Assembly (NCBI GenBank): GCA_963771075.1
Contig: CAVYSE010000028.1
Location: 96,001-160,000, forward strand
Direction of reading: 5' to 3'
DNA: 64,000 bases
Origin: a candidate division FCPU426 bacterium
GTDB taxonomy: Bacteria > Oederibacteriota > Muellerivitia > Muellerivitales > Muellerivitaceae
Of the stretch, positions 1-10,193 are shown piece by piece; position 1 is the first letter of the stretch, and every line of letters starts with the position of its first letter. A model generated the notes under the pieces. It worked only from the letters and a program-made list of their open reading frames with translations, made no database searches and had not been told where the DNA came from. A program made the translations under genes and the position numbers.

Positions 1-788
1 TCTGATATCGATTGGTCGAAAACACTGGAAGACCCTAATGTTTTTAAAAGCTGTATCGGAAACAGCATCCCGTTTATTAAATAAGGATTCACCAAACCAG
101 CGAGCAGGGATAAAGCGAAGATCCCCAGGAGTTTTCGATCGCCACCCCGTATATCGAAAAAGCTAGAAATACTGAATACAGCTATCAAGCCCAGTCCCAA
201 GGGAAACAGTCCCTCCACATTGGCCCAAAGACATTGTATGAAGGGTAAAAAAATGAGCAGGTCCTTAATTCGTTTCGCCCTCAGTTCCAAAATCAAAAGG
301 TCCAAGGATAGGAACAACCAGCTTAAAATTTCAGGGCGGGCTTGAAATCGAAGTTCGCAGGCCAATAGGGTCGCAGCCAAGAAAGGAACGCATACCCAGG
401 GGGGGGATTCGGAAATTTCCATTCGTTTCCAGGTAATGAAAAAAATGGCGAACAATAAAATAATTTCCAAAAGGGATATCAGGCGGAACCCGCCCAACCC
501 ATACAGCAAGTAAAGCGAAACCTGATAAAGCCAATGGATATCTAAATAGGCATGGTTCAGGACGGAATAACAAAAAACTTCTTTGGATGGGAATTTTAAA
601 TTCTCGACGATCCATTGGCCCGTCCTTAGATGGTATCCCAAGTCGCTGTCATAAAGCCGGCGGGCCGACAATAAACCCAGCAATAAAAAACAAGAGCCCA
701 GAGCATAGCTCCAAGGATTAATGGTTTTGAAAGAATTTAGGGGGTGTATTTGAAGCTGTGATACATCTTCAGTTGATGTCAAATTCAT
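1..788 (-). CDS. Polytopic membrane protein, GT-C-like (5' part; runs off the left edge)
   Basis: Not in the ORF track. Manual translation from ATG at 788 is open to position 1: MNLTSTEDVS...DSDLGYHLRTGQWIV...RPEILSWLFL...LWANVEGLFPLG...LVNPY. Hydrophobic, with D-x-G-x-H-L-x-x-G, RPE, WAN and NPY motifs. Confidence 0.75.
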   Translation of the reverse strand, partial: MNLTSTEDVSQLQIHPLNSFKTINPWSYALGSCFLLLGLLSARRLYDSDLGYHLRTGQWIVENLKFPSKEVFCYSVLNHAYLDIHWLYQVSLYLLYGLGGFRLISLLEIILLFAIFFITWKRMEISESPPWVCVPFLAATLLACELRFQARPEILSWLFLSLDLLILELRAKRIKDLLIFLPFIQCLWANVEGLFPLGLGLIAVFSISSFFDIRGGDRKLLGIFALSLLAGLVNPYLINGMLFPIQLLKTLGSSSVFDQSIS

Positions 789-840
789 AAAAAAATTATA
801 TCAATTCACGCGCGGAACACGACAAAGAGAAAACGACGGC

Positions 841-3800
841 TTATTTCAAAAACAATAGCTTGGTTAAAAAACGCTGTCTTTTTGTGTCGACTACCACAAC
901 GTAATAAAGGCCATTGGCAATAAGATTGCCTTTTTCATCCTTCATGACGAAAGATGGATCGATACCCGGCTGGGCGTGGAAGGGAATATCAAGGATTTTC
1001 CTAAACGAGAGGGTAAACACCTGGATGGATCCATCCATTCCCATGGTTCCTGTTAATCGAATCGAAACCGGCTGCGTTCCATTTACCGGATTGGGATAAA
1101 GAACCGGGTTTAAAACCGGAATAGGGGTCGAGGTAATCGAGGGTGTCATCGTTCCGCCAGGGGTTGATGTAAAACTTGGGGTTTCTGTCCAAACGGTCGT
1201 CTGGGTGGGAGTTATTGTGGGAGTCCAAGAAGCCGTGACACTGAAGACCTGGGTTAATGTCGAGGTTGGGCTTAGAGTCGTTGTGGCAGTGGGTGAAGGA
1301 GTGGAAGTTGTTGTGTCCGAAAAAACTACCGTCGGGGTTCGGGTCAAGGTTGAGGTCGGACTAAAGGTCCGCGTCCCGGTGGGAGTTGCGCTCCACACAA
1401 GGGTGGGGGTTGCGCTGTTTGTGGGGAAAGCCGTTGAAGTCGGGGTAAATGTTGAGCTTGACGTCATGGTATAGTTTGGGGTCGGGCTTGGCGTGACGGT
1501 TCGAGTCGGGCTATAGGGGAGAGTCGCCGTGAGGCTTACCGTCGCGGTAGGGCTGATTACAATCGTTTGAGTCAGGGTGGAAGTTAGGGTGATTGTACAC
1601 GTTAAAGTGGGGGTCATGGTCAAACTGGGAGTATTGGTAAAACTCGTCGAAAAAGTAGGCGTCGTCGTTTGTGTCAGGGTCAAAGTTTTAGTCGAGGTAA
1701 AGCTAAACACCGGGGTTTGGGTCGCTATAGGGGTAGAAGAAGTTGTTCCAGTCGAGGTTGCAGTTGGAGTGCCCGTAAAACTGAATGTTGGAGTCGGGGT
1801 GTAGGTTTTTGAGAAAGTAAGGGAGGCGGTTGGGGTAAAGGAAGAAGTTGCCGTGATGGTCGTTGTGGGTGTCGAAGAACTCGTAGCACTCAAAATAGGG
1901 GTCATGGTTTGGGTAGGGGAAAGTGTCAGTGTTCCAGTCCCGGTAAGGGTTGCCGTGAATGAAAAAGTAGAGGTGCTAGTCGGGGTATTTGTCCTGGTTA
2001 GAGTCGTCGTAAAAATATTCGTAGGAGTGTTTGTGAATGAAATTGTTGGTGTTGGGGTCGTCGTCAAAACAAGGGTTTGTGTTTGGGTCGTTGTATAAGT
2101 CGATGTCCGGGTCGGGGTCGCTGAAACCGAGAGGGTGGGTGAAGGGGTGAGAGATACCGTGGGGGTAGGCGTGGATGAAAAGGTTGAGGTAAAGGTCGCC
2201 GTTGGACTGTAGGTACGGGTAAGCGTCTGGGTCAAGCTAAAGGTGGGAGTAGCGGTAGCGGTTAAGCCTAAAGTCGGCGTAACCGTGAATGTGGCGGTGG
2301 GGGTGGCCGTGGGTGGAACAATGGGAACAATGCCAATGGCCATGAGGGTGGCGATTTGTACCGACGCCGTTTCGTCCAATTCCAGGGTGCCGTTGGTAAC
2401 CGTGACCGCGAAGGTCTTATCGTCAGCGATATTTTTCCCCGTTCCGAAAGAGGGATAGAGGCTGGTCACGTCCTTGAAAATGTCGAAGTTGGGCAAAACT
2501 GTCACACCGTTCAAAACCACATTGAAGACCCGGTCTCCCGGGGCGGTGTAATAGGTTTCGGCATATTTTAAAGTGACGTCGTAGACCCGGTTGGGCAAAT
2601 TAAATAGGTAGGTCACCCCTCCAGCCGCCCGCTCCGTCATATAAAGGTAAGGGTCGGTCGTATTTGAAATGGGTCCCCCGCTTGAATAGGCGGTTCCAGC
2701 GGTATATCCCCAGTTTCCCGTCGTATAGGCGGTATCGGCCAGCCAGGTAATGGGACCATCGAGGGTCAGGGGGCCCGCACAATTAACGTAAAGCGCTGTA
2801 GCCATTGGGGTCGGTGTGTTGGTCGGTAAGGTGCCCGTGATGGTGGGTGTGAAGGTATTCGTAAAGGTCGAGGTACCCATGGCTGTGGGCGAAAGGGTGA
2901 GGGTGTTGGTGGGCGTGTTGGTCCATGTGTTGGTGACCGTCGGCGTGGGGGGCGTTTGAAGCCGGATAACTTGCATGGCGTTAACCTGGGATGTATCCAC
3001 CGTGGAGCTGAATACAACATCCAATCGGCCGGTGGTAACTTCCACCGTTGTGGGCACATCATAAACCGCATGCTCCCCCACCGTGGCCCAAACATCCAGG
3101 TTGGTCATTACGGGCGTTCCGGCCGCCACCACGCTAAAAACACGCCCGCCAAGGTGGGAATCACCATCATAGTTTTCGCAAAACTTGTATAGCACCTGGT
3201 AATAGCCGTTTGGAACCGTGAAATGATACGTGGGGTTTCCCCACCTTTCCGTTTGATAAAGAGGGGTTTGACCATTGACAGTGCCGGAAATGGCTTGCGT
3301 CGGATAAAGGGAGGTGGATCCCGTGGAGGCTGTGTCATAACCCCAACCGCCCGTGGTGTAGGGTTGGTCCGCCGCCCAAACCGCCCCCGCCGTGTCCGTA
3401 AACTGGGATACGGAGCCGTTGTCCACCCGGATAGTAAGGGGTGCATAGGCAGATAGGGTGGGGGTGGGGGTAGGGGAAACGTAAAGGTTATAATCCAGAA
3501 AATTGTCGGAGAGCATCAGTAATGACATTACGGTCCAGGACTCGTCATAATAGAATCCGCCCTGCAAGAGTTTGCTGCCAACCAGATCGGAATAGGTATT
3601 GTCGATATAGGCTTGGTAGGTCCGGCTCACCATCGCTCCACATCCCGCAGGGCCCACAAAAGCCGCCGATTGGCTGACCGGGCTCGGTCCCTCCGGCAAG
3701 ACGGGTGATTGCGGGTCCGGGGTGCCGTTTAACTTGTAGCCGTCCACGATGGAAACCGCGCCGATGGCTGAAAAGAAACTGCTGGTCAAAGACACATAGG

Positions 3801-4698
3801 CTTGGGACGAGGTATTTCCGAACCAAAGATAGTCCTGGACGATTCGAAAGGGAGTCCGGCAGGCGTCATACTGGTAATCAATGTAAGTCGTATTCACTGA
3901 ATTCTGGGAAACGCCGGCGTTATTGCACCAGGCCGAATCCAGCCCGTTGGAGGAGTTGCCGTAACCTTGATTCAGGTTGGCGTTGAGAATGGCATAGCAA
4001 TTGGCCGCCACGTTCAGCCAACCCGATTGAGTCGTCGCCGCGGCGAACTCCCGGTAATAGGCTGGGGCAAAATAGGATGGGTTGATCGCGCCGAAACCAT
4101 CTCCCGCGGTCAGGGTTTGCCCGGCGCTGTTCACATAGCCGTAAATCTTATTGATCTGGGAAACCGCCAAACTCAGGTAACTCCCCAGGGTGGAACTCGT
4201 TCCCCATTGCCGGACAGCCATTAACAGGCCCCAGGCCATATCCTCATCCGCGTCGGTCGCGGCTCCGCCTCCGTTCGGCCCCAAGGTCCCATCCGAATTG
4301 ATATACCAGTTCATCAAGCCGCTACCGTCCAAGTGTTTTTGCTCGTATTCCCAGAGGTTATCGAAAAGATTTTCATCATTCATGTAAACCGCGATGACCA
4401 TGCCATAGCCGATCCCCTCCGAGACAGTGGAATCGAGATTGAGTCCAGGCTCATTGGGTCTTTGAACGCGGAGGTAACCCGTGGAAGAATCCTTCACCAC
4501 ACAGTCCGTGTACCACTTCACATAGGCTTGGCTGACCGCCGCGTTGGAATAGATGGAGGAATGGAACCCGAAAGGGTTATCCCGGTTCTGGGGAAAGGGG
4601 AAATTCCCCGTGGTTCCATTTACATTTTGCGCCGGGAGAGGGGCGCTCACGCCCAAAAGGAAGACTATTCCAAATAAGGTGGATTTAATTCTTTTCAA
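841..4698 (-). CDS. Secreted GH8 glycoside hydrolase with two malectin-like domains, a long Thr/Ser/Pro-rich stalk and a C-terminal YPNP sorting-like domain
   Basis: Signal peptide; GH8 motifs TVSEGIGYGM, ATDADEDMA, YQYDACR; malectin-like LYQTERWG...RVFSV and LYMTER...FNLPN...RVFNVVLNG; ~400 aa of TPT repeats; C-terminus VLYPNPV...IANGLYYVVV. Confidence 0.9.
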   Translation of the reverse strand: MKRIKSTLFGIVFLLGVSAPLPAQNVNGTTGNFPFPQNRDNPFGFHSSIYSNAAVSQAYVKWYTDCVVKDSSTGYLRVQRPNEPGLNLDSTVSEGIGYGMVIAVYMNDENLFDNLWEYEQKHLDGSGLMNWYINSDGTLGPNGGGAATDADEDMAWGLLMAVRQWGTSSTLGSYLSLAVSQINKIYGYVNSAGQTLTAGDGFGAINPSYFAPAYYREFAAATTQSGWLNVAANCYAILNANLNQGYGNSSNGLDSAWCNNAGVSQNSVNTTYIDYQYDACRTPFRIVQDYLWFGNTSSQAYVSLTSSFFSAIGAVSIVDGYKLNGTPDPQSPVLPEGPSPVSQSAAFVGPAGCGAMVSRTYQAYIDNTYSDLVGSKLLQGGFYYDESWTVMSLLMLSDNFLDYNLYVSPTPTPTLSAYAPLTIRVDNGSVSQFTDTAGAVWAADQPYTTGGWGYDTASTGSTSLYPTQAISGTVNGQTPLYQTERWGNPTYHFTVPNGYYQVLYKFCENYDGDSHLGGRVFSVVAAGTPVMTNLDVWATVGEHAVYDVPTTVEVTTGRLDVVFSSTVDTSQVNAMQVIRLQTPPTPTVTNTWTNTPTNTLTLSPTAMGTSTFTNTFTPTITGTLPTNTPTPMATALYVNCAGPLTLDGPITWLADTAYTTGNWGYTAGTAYSSGGPISNTTDPYLYMTERAAGGVTYLFNLPNRVYDVTLKYAETYYTAPGDRVFNVVLNGVTVLPNFDIFKDVTSLYPSFGTGKNIADDKTFAVTVTNGTLELDETASVQIATLMAIGIVPIVPPTATPTATFTVTPTLGLTATATPTFSLTQTLTRTYSPTATFTSTFSSTPTPTVSLTPSPTLSVSATPTRTSTYTTTQTQTLVLTTTPTPTISFTNTPTNIFTTTLTRTNTPTSTSTFSFTATLTGTGTLTLSPTQTMTPILSATSSSTPTTTITATSSFTPTASLTFSKTYTPTPTFSFTGTPTATSTGTTSSTPIATQTPVFSFTSTKTLTLTQTTTPTFSTSFTNTPSLTMTPTLTCTITLTSTLTQTIVISPTATVSLTATLPYSPTRTVTPSPTPNYTMTSSSTFTPTSTAFPTNSATPTLVWSATPTGTRTFSPTSTLTRTPTVVFSDTTTSTPSPTATTTLSPTSTLTQVFSVTASWTPTITPTQTTVWTETPSFTSTPGGTMTPSITSTPIPVLNPVLYPNPVNGTQPVSIRLTGTMGMDGSIQVFTLSFRKILDIPFHAQPGIDPSFVMKDEKGNLIANGLYYVVVVDTKRQRFLTKLLFLK

Positions 4699-4874
4699 AT
4701 TCGGCCCTTAAACATTGATGAATCTTTCCAACAATGTTTAAAAAATATACCTCATCTTTAAAATTGAAAAAGGGCGATTCACAATAATTTCAAGTTTAAC
4801 GCATCATCCTTGTCAGTCTCATTGGCCTGGAATACGGGAGAAAGTAATTCATTATTGAACTTGGCCAAAATGAA

Positions 4875-6251
4875 TCATTTTTTCAACGTGGAAAGTTCCA
4901 CCCTTTTTGCCTCAGGAGAACCATTGAGAAACAACCCAAAGTAGCCCTCGTCCCCATTTTGGAACGCTTCCAGGACGTAATGGGTTTGAATCCCGCTCTT
5001 GAGGGCCCTGGAAAGCCAAACCAAACCTGACCGGAGAGGATAGAGCCTAAAAAAATTGGGGACGAGATCAAAAGATCTTTTCATGTAATCCCTGAAATCC
5101 GAATATTGGTAAGGTCCTACCGGGTCTGAAATCGTGGCCGCCACGGGTGAGTGGATATCCAAAAGCATCAAGTCCTCGATTCCCATTTCCAAGGCCAGCG
5201 GGACTAAAACGCTGGGTGGGGTGTAAAGGGTCCAGAGAAATCCTATCCGGCCTTGACGGTCCCTAAAAAGATAGGACCGCGCGATGTTGTCGTAAAAACC
5301 GCAAAAGGCATCGGGAAAAGCGTCCTTCCCTGGGTTCCCCTTCTCGATAACCATGAACCGGTTCTGGACAAAGGTTCGAATCTTATCCTTTTCCTGCAAG
5401 TTGGCGTAGGTTCCCATCGCCATCCGCCCACCCTCATAAAAAGCCAGAGTCGCGAGCTCGGGTTGGGGAGGAAGAAAAGGACGCCAATCGTACTGGAACC
5501 CGCCGTACCTTCGCTTTTCCGGGTCCTGATTCCACCAAACGAAATTATCCGATACGTCAAAAACGCCGTTGAAGAGGGCCAAGAGCCCTTGCGAATTTTG
5601 GACCAGGGCGTAATCATTTTTCAAAAGGCTTTTCTCATCCTCCCGCACCCCCGGGAGCCAACCAACTATATGTTTGCGGACCCCGCCCTTGAAGCGGATT
5701 TTGCCCGGGTAATAGACCAGTTGAACCCGGTTTTCGTCAAACGCCGAATAAAAAACCATTGCCCGTTCTTTCATGAGGTCCGCTTGTTGCCGGATCAAGG
5801 CCTTTGCTTTCGGTTTAAGAAAGGGTGTCGTTTCCACCTTCCGGAAATAATCGTCAAAAAGAACCCCTCCCCGGTCGTGGTATTTAACCGCGAAACAGGA
5901 GAGAGTCGCGGTCAACGGCGGAGAGACCGCCGTAAATTCAACGGCACTCGGGTAAAGGAAGGGAAACCCTTCTTTATTATCCTTCGCCTGCCTGGCCCAA
6001 TCGACCGCCAGTTTAAAGGGCCGCTCACCCGGCCCTAAAACCCGGGTCTTGGGCCAATGAAGTTTCGATAACGACTCATAAAGCCATTCACCGGATTTTC
6101 CATAGGCGTACTCCCGGACAGCGGAAACCTGTTTCCCTGCCGGTTCTTCCGAAAAAACTTGAGTCGCGAGGGTCAAGGCCGAAACCCAGAATATAAAACC
6201 GGGCATCAATGTTTTTGAATGGAGGGGGGAGACATTCTTGAAACCAAACAT
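4875..6251 (-). CDS. Exported protein, phosphodiester glycosidase (NAGPA/DUF2233)-like
   Basis: N-terminal hydrophobic segment; LLALFNGVF, LATLAFYEGGRMAMG, ARSYLFRD..GRI and MGIEDLMLLDIH resemble that family. Start abuts the stop of the upstream STAND gene. Confidence 0.55.
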   Translation of the reverse strand: MFGFKNVSPLHSKTLMPGFIFWVSALTLATQVFSEEPAGKQVSAVREYAYGKSGEWLYESLSKLHWPKTRVLGPGERPFKLAVDWARQAKDNKEGFPFLYPSAVEFTAVSPPLTATLSCFAVKYHDRGGVLFDDYFRKVETTPFLKPKAKALIRQQADLMKERAMVFYSAFDENRVQLVYYPGKIRFKGGVRKHIVGWLPGVREDEKSLLKNDYALVQNSQGLLALFNGVFDVSDNFVWWNQDPEKRRYGGFQYDWRPFLPPQPELATLAFYEGGRMAMGTYANLQEKDKIRTFVQNRFMVIEKGNPGKDAFPDAFCGFYDNIARSYLFRDRQGRIGFLWTLYTPPSVLVPLALEMGIEDLMLLDIHSPVAATISDPVGPYQYSDFRDYMKRSFDLVPNFFRLYPLRSGLVWLSRALKSGIQTHYVLEAFQNGDEGYFGLFLNGSPEAKRVELSTLKK

Positions 6252-9200
6252 TTATTTTTTCCGCCTCGCGCGGATTCTTTTGTTTTCTTTCACACCGCCG
6301 GCCTTTTTCGGGCCCCGCCGGCGGGCGTTTGAAAGCCAGTCATGTGCCACATCTTCGATATGGGCCGCCCGGGACCATTGGACCAGGTCGCGGACTTCCT
6401 GCGGGGGAAGCCGGGATTCCAATTGCTGGGCCAACCGGACGATCTTGTCCTTGGTCTCACGCCGGCAAGTGGGATGGTGGAGGGCGAGCGCCAGGAAAGC
6501 GAAGGCGTTTCGTTCATCCCCCAATAGTTTGGTGTACTTGGAAATCGTGACCATGGCGTCCACCAGTTGCGGGGTCAGGTTCGCGGTCAAGGCGCGGTCA
6601 AAAGCGTCCACCAAATAACGCCGGGCCTGGGAAGGCTGGTTACTTTCCAAACTTACTTCGGCCAGCGAAATCAACGCGACGACGATCCCCACCGTGTCCG
6701 TGTGGCGCTTGAACTGTTCCAGGGCGGACATCATATGGCGCCGCGCCGGGCTCCACTTCCCCTCCGCCAACAACAGCGCCCCCCGGTGGTAGGCGTACCA
6801 GGAAAGGTCCAGGGGCTTGACGCCTTCCCTTTCCTGGATTTGCCTTCCCCTTTCGTAAAAGACCCGGGCTTCCTCAAAACGGCGCTCGGCCACCGCCAGG
6901 TTCCCCAAAAGGTCCAGCGACCAAGTCTGTCCCCGGGGGTCTCCCACCAGGCTATAAAGGTCGAGTCCGGTCTTGGCGTGTTGGCTGGCGGATGTGTAGT
7001 CCCCAACAGCCCAAAGCACCCCCGCCAGAAGATTGTGCGACCACCCCATCGCCCGCTTATCCCCAAACTCGACGTGAAGTTTCAAGCCTTCCTTGTACAT
7101 CTCTCGGGCGCCCTCGAAATTTCCCACTGCCTCGATGGCCCTTCCCAGGTTATTGAAGGCCCAGGCCACCCCCTTCCGGTCCCCGCAGGCCACAAAAGCC
7201 GAGAGCCCTTTTTGATAGTAGTAACGGGCCCGCTCATAGTCGGCCAATTTATGGAGGATGTCGCCCATCAAATTGTAGGAATTGGCCGCCCCTCCCTGGG
7301 AACCGACCGATTCGTAATAGGCCATGGCCTTTCTCAGGAATTTTTGGCCTTCGAAATACTTTTCCAGGCTAAGGGCGATATGGCCCATGTTGTTGAACGC
7401 AAACGCCATACCCGCCTTGTCCCCCGCCTTTTGATAAAGCTGGTAGGCTCGCCGGTAATGGGGGAGAGCCTGGTCGTCGCGGCCCAGGGATTGAAGGACC
7501 AGTCCCAAGCCACAGTAGGGAAAAGCCAATTCCTTGCCCGCCCTTTCTTTTTTTAGGACCGCCAAGCAATCCTCGAGTATCTTCTTCGCCTTCTGAAGAT
7601 CGCCCATCCGTTGCATCAGGATCCCCCATCGGGCCATGAGTTTTCCCATCAGGATCTTGGTGGCCCGGGTGGCCTTCTTGCTCCGGTCCTTCGCGGCCAA
7701 AATTTCCACGGCGCCCTGGAAGGCTTCCACCCCCTCCTGGTACCACCCCTTGGTTTCGTAAAGCATGAATATAGAGTCCAGGTAATCGGCCATTCGGCTA
7801 TCGTTGCCTTGCTCCACCGCCCGTCGCCAACCTTCCCGGATGTTCCCGATCTCATCCGTCAGGTAGGCAAGGGCTTGTCCCTGCTTGGCGCCCCATAAAT
7901 TCTTTTCATTGCGCCGCAGTTCCCGGGCCAGGAAAGCGCTGTGGGCGTCCAGGATTTTGTCTTTTTCGGCATGGTCCTTGAAAAGTTTTTCCTTCGCATA
8001 AAATTTCAGGAGGTCATGGACTTCCAAATAGCCGTTGGGCATGGTCCGCACCAGGAACTTTTGGGCCAACTGCCCGAATATCGCCGGGGAAACCCCCGCC
8101 ACATGGGCCGCGGCTTTGGGGGTGAAGCCTCCCTTGAAGACCGAGCAGGCCCGCAAGGCCTTCTTTTGCCGCTCGTTCAAGAGGACCCAGGAATATTCAA
8201 AGACCGCCCGGAGGGATTGCTGGCGAGTGGGCAAATAGGGCATCTCGGCGGCCAAGAAATCGCGGTTGGACTCGATCTTGGCGGCTATCTCTTCCGGCGT
8301 CATGCTTTTGAGCCAGGTCGCCGAAAGCTCCAGCCCCAGGGGCATTCCCTCCAAAACGGCGCTTAACCGGCCGATGCCGATTTTTTCCTCTTCCTTAGGA
8401 TCCCATTCGGGCACCGTCCGTTGGGCGTGCTGAAGGAATAAACGCACCGAAGCGAAGTTCTCAGGATCGCCGGCATCTGGGCCCGTGGGATAGGAAAGCC
8501 CCTTGATTTCCATGACGATTTCCGTTTTGACCTTCAATCTTTCCCGGCTGGTGGCCAGGATGGATACTTGAGGAGCCTCTTGAAGGATGCGGGTTACGAG
8601 TTCGCCCCCTTCCAGCACATGTTCAAAATTGTCCATGATCAGCAGGATCCGCTTGTCGTTCAGGTAATTAAATAATTGCAGTTCCGAATCCTCGGCTCCG
8701 GTGAAAACAAATTTCAGGGCCTGGGCGATGCTCTCCACCATATACCGGGCCGAGGAGAGGGGCGCCAGCCCCACAAAATAAACCCCATCGGGAAAACGGG
8801 AGGTCATCCGGGCGGCGGCTTGAAGGGACAGTCGCGTCTTTCCAAATCCCCCGGGTCCCACCAGGGTGAGGAGCCGTTGGTCTGCCATCGCGAATGTTTG
8901 AATGATCCGTTCGGTTTCCTCTTCCCTACCTAAAAAAGGAACGTTTTGGGACGGCAAGTTTTGGGGAAAATTTTGGAGGGATTGAAGTGGAGGAATTTCA
9001 CCGGCGGACATCCCCTCGGGCTTTAACACAAAGAGGGTCTGGGGTTGCAAAAGGTCATTTAAGAGATGCGGCCCCATATTCTGAAGGACAAATCCGGCGG
9101 GAACCTCCAGCGAATCATGGGCCTTTTCGGTCAGGAGAACTTGCCCCGCGGGGCATGCATCCAGGAGGGCACGGGCGTGATCCAAGGCTGGTCCCAGGCC

Positions 9201-9518
9201 TTTACTCAGGATCCTTTCCGGGGGGGCGGCGTGAAGGGCCACCCTTAAATCGGCCGCTCCCACCCCTTCCCAGTCTCTTTCGATCAGGTCCTGCCTCAGT
9301 TTCAAGAGGGAGGGCAGGATGTTTCCCTTATCAAAATAAGCCCAAACTCCATTGGGAAAACGTCGAGACCAGGCGGCACCCTGTCGGTGAAACTCATCCT
9401 CCAGATGATAAAAAAGGGCCCCTTTCGCGAGTTCCATTTTCTCAAGGGAATAGTCATTCCGGTTGACCGGCTCGATTCGAGAGGTGAGGTATAGAGCCAA
9501 GGGGAGACTCCTAAGCAT
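6252..9518 (-). CDS. STAND/NB-ARC-like ATPase with degenerate N-terminal cyclase-like domain and C-terminal TPR array
   Basis: Walker A GPGGFGKT, Walker B ILLIMDNFEH, LEGMPLGLELSA, repeated A..NNLG TPR units; N-terminal LRVALH...GQVLLT. Confidence 0.9.
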   Translation of the reverse strand: MLRSLPLALYLTSRIEPVNRNDYSLEKMELAKGALFYHLEDEFHRQGAAWSRRFPNGVWAYFDKGNILPSLLKLRQDLIERDWEGVGAADLRVALHAAPPERILSKGLGPALDHARALLDACPAGQVLLTEKAHDSLEVPAGFVLQNMGPHLLNDLLQPQTLFVLKPEGMSAGEIPPLQSLQNFPQNLPSQNVPFLGREEETERIIQTFAMADQRLLTLVGPGGFGKTRLSLQAAARMTSRFPDGVYFVGLAPLSSARYMVESIAQALKFVFTGAEDSELQLFNYLNDKRILLIMDNFEHVLEGGELVTRILQEAPQVSILATSRERLKVKTEIVMEIKGLSYPTGPDAGDPENFASVRLFLQHAQRTVPEWDPKEEEKIGIGRLSAVLEGMPLGLELSATWLKSMTPEEIAAKIESNRDFLAAEMPYLPTRQQSLRAVFEYSWVLLNERQKKALRACSVFKGGFTPKAAAHVAGVSPAIFGQLAQKFLVRTMPNGYLEVHDLLKFYAKEKLFKDHAEKDKILDAHSAFLARELRRNEKNLWGAKQGQALAYLTDEIGNIREGWRRAVEQGNDSRMADYLDSIFMLYETKGWYQEGVEAFQGAVEILAAKDRSKKATRATKILMGKLMARWGILMQRMGDLQKAKKILEDCLAVLKKERAGKELAFPYCGLGLVLQSLGRDDQALPHYRRAYQLYQKAGDKAGMAFAFNNMGHIALSLEKYFEGQKFLRKAMAYYESVGSQGGAANSYNLMGDILHKLADYERARYYYQKGLSAFVACGDRKGVAWAFNNLGRAIEAVGNFEGAREMYKEGLKLHVEFGDKRAMGWSHNLLAGVLWAVGDYTSASQHAKTGLDLYSLVGDPRGQTWSLDLLGNLAVAERRFEEARVFYERGRQIQEREGVKPLDLSWYAYHRGALLLAEGKWSPARRHMMSALEQFKRHTDTVGIVVALISLAEVSLESNQPSQARRYLVDAFDRALTANLTPQLVDAMVTISKYTKLLGDERNAFAFLALALHHPTCRRETKDKIVRLAQQLESRLPPQEVRDLVQWSRAAHIEDVAHDWLSNARRRGPKKAGGVKENKRIRARRKK

Positions 9519-9630
9519 TGGGGGTAGGTCTACTATATTATTACAGGGCCATCCCGGTAGAAAGGCCAGGTCCTCGAATTCGTGATAGGCAAAACCACCA
9601 TTGGTTTCCTGGCCAGAAACGAGTTCCCGA

Positions 9631-10050
9631 TCAGGCCGCCCTTTGATTTAAACCAATTAGCAAAAGGCTTGGACCTGGCTTACTAGCTACGAAACAACCG
9701 ATTCCCAATCGCCTAATGAGGTTTGACGAAAAGGGTCGCAGGGAGATGACCTGGTCATAAAGTTTGAGGGCTTCGGAAACTCTTCCCAGACTGGTCAAAC
9801 CGTTCGCGCAATTCAAAAGGGCCATGGGTTGGCTTGGCTCGAGCTTCAGGGATTTGCCCAGCATCCGGACACCCGCTTCCCTATCCCCCTGTTGAAGGAG
9901 GATGGTTCCCAAATGGGTTAAAAGCAGGGTGTTTTGTGGGAAGAAATTCAGCAGTTCCTTCATCTGTTGGGCGGCTTCCACCAACTTTCCCGCTTGGTGC
10001 AAAGCGATCGCTTGGCGGATTCGGGGATCTTGGGGGTGGGTATGTTTCAC
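9631..10050 (-). pseudogene. TPR protein, probably 3'-truncated
   Basis: About three TPR units (AIALHQAGKLVEA, HLGTILLQQG, NCANGLTSLGRVSEAL); the TPR pattern stops abruptly after ...VISLRP. Confidence 0.55.
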
Positions 10051-10193
10051 GCGCTGACTTCAGCCTCGCTATGGATAAGGCCCACCCTTCGAAACCGCCC
10101 CAATGACATTCGGAGCGATTCAAACTTTCGTGGGAATGGGGGTGCTTTCTTCATTCGATTTTAAGGGAAATTTTCGCCGAGATGCCTTAAAAC

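Noticed and set aside
1205..2458. Val/Gly-rich plus-strand ORFs
   Set aside because: Antisense shadows of the Thr/Pro-rich stalk of the GH8 protein.
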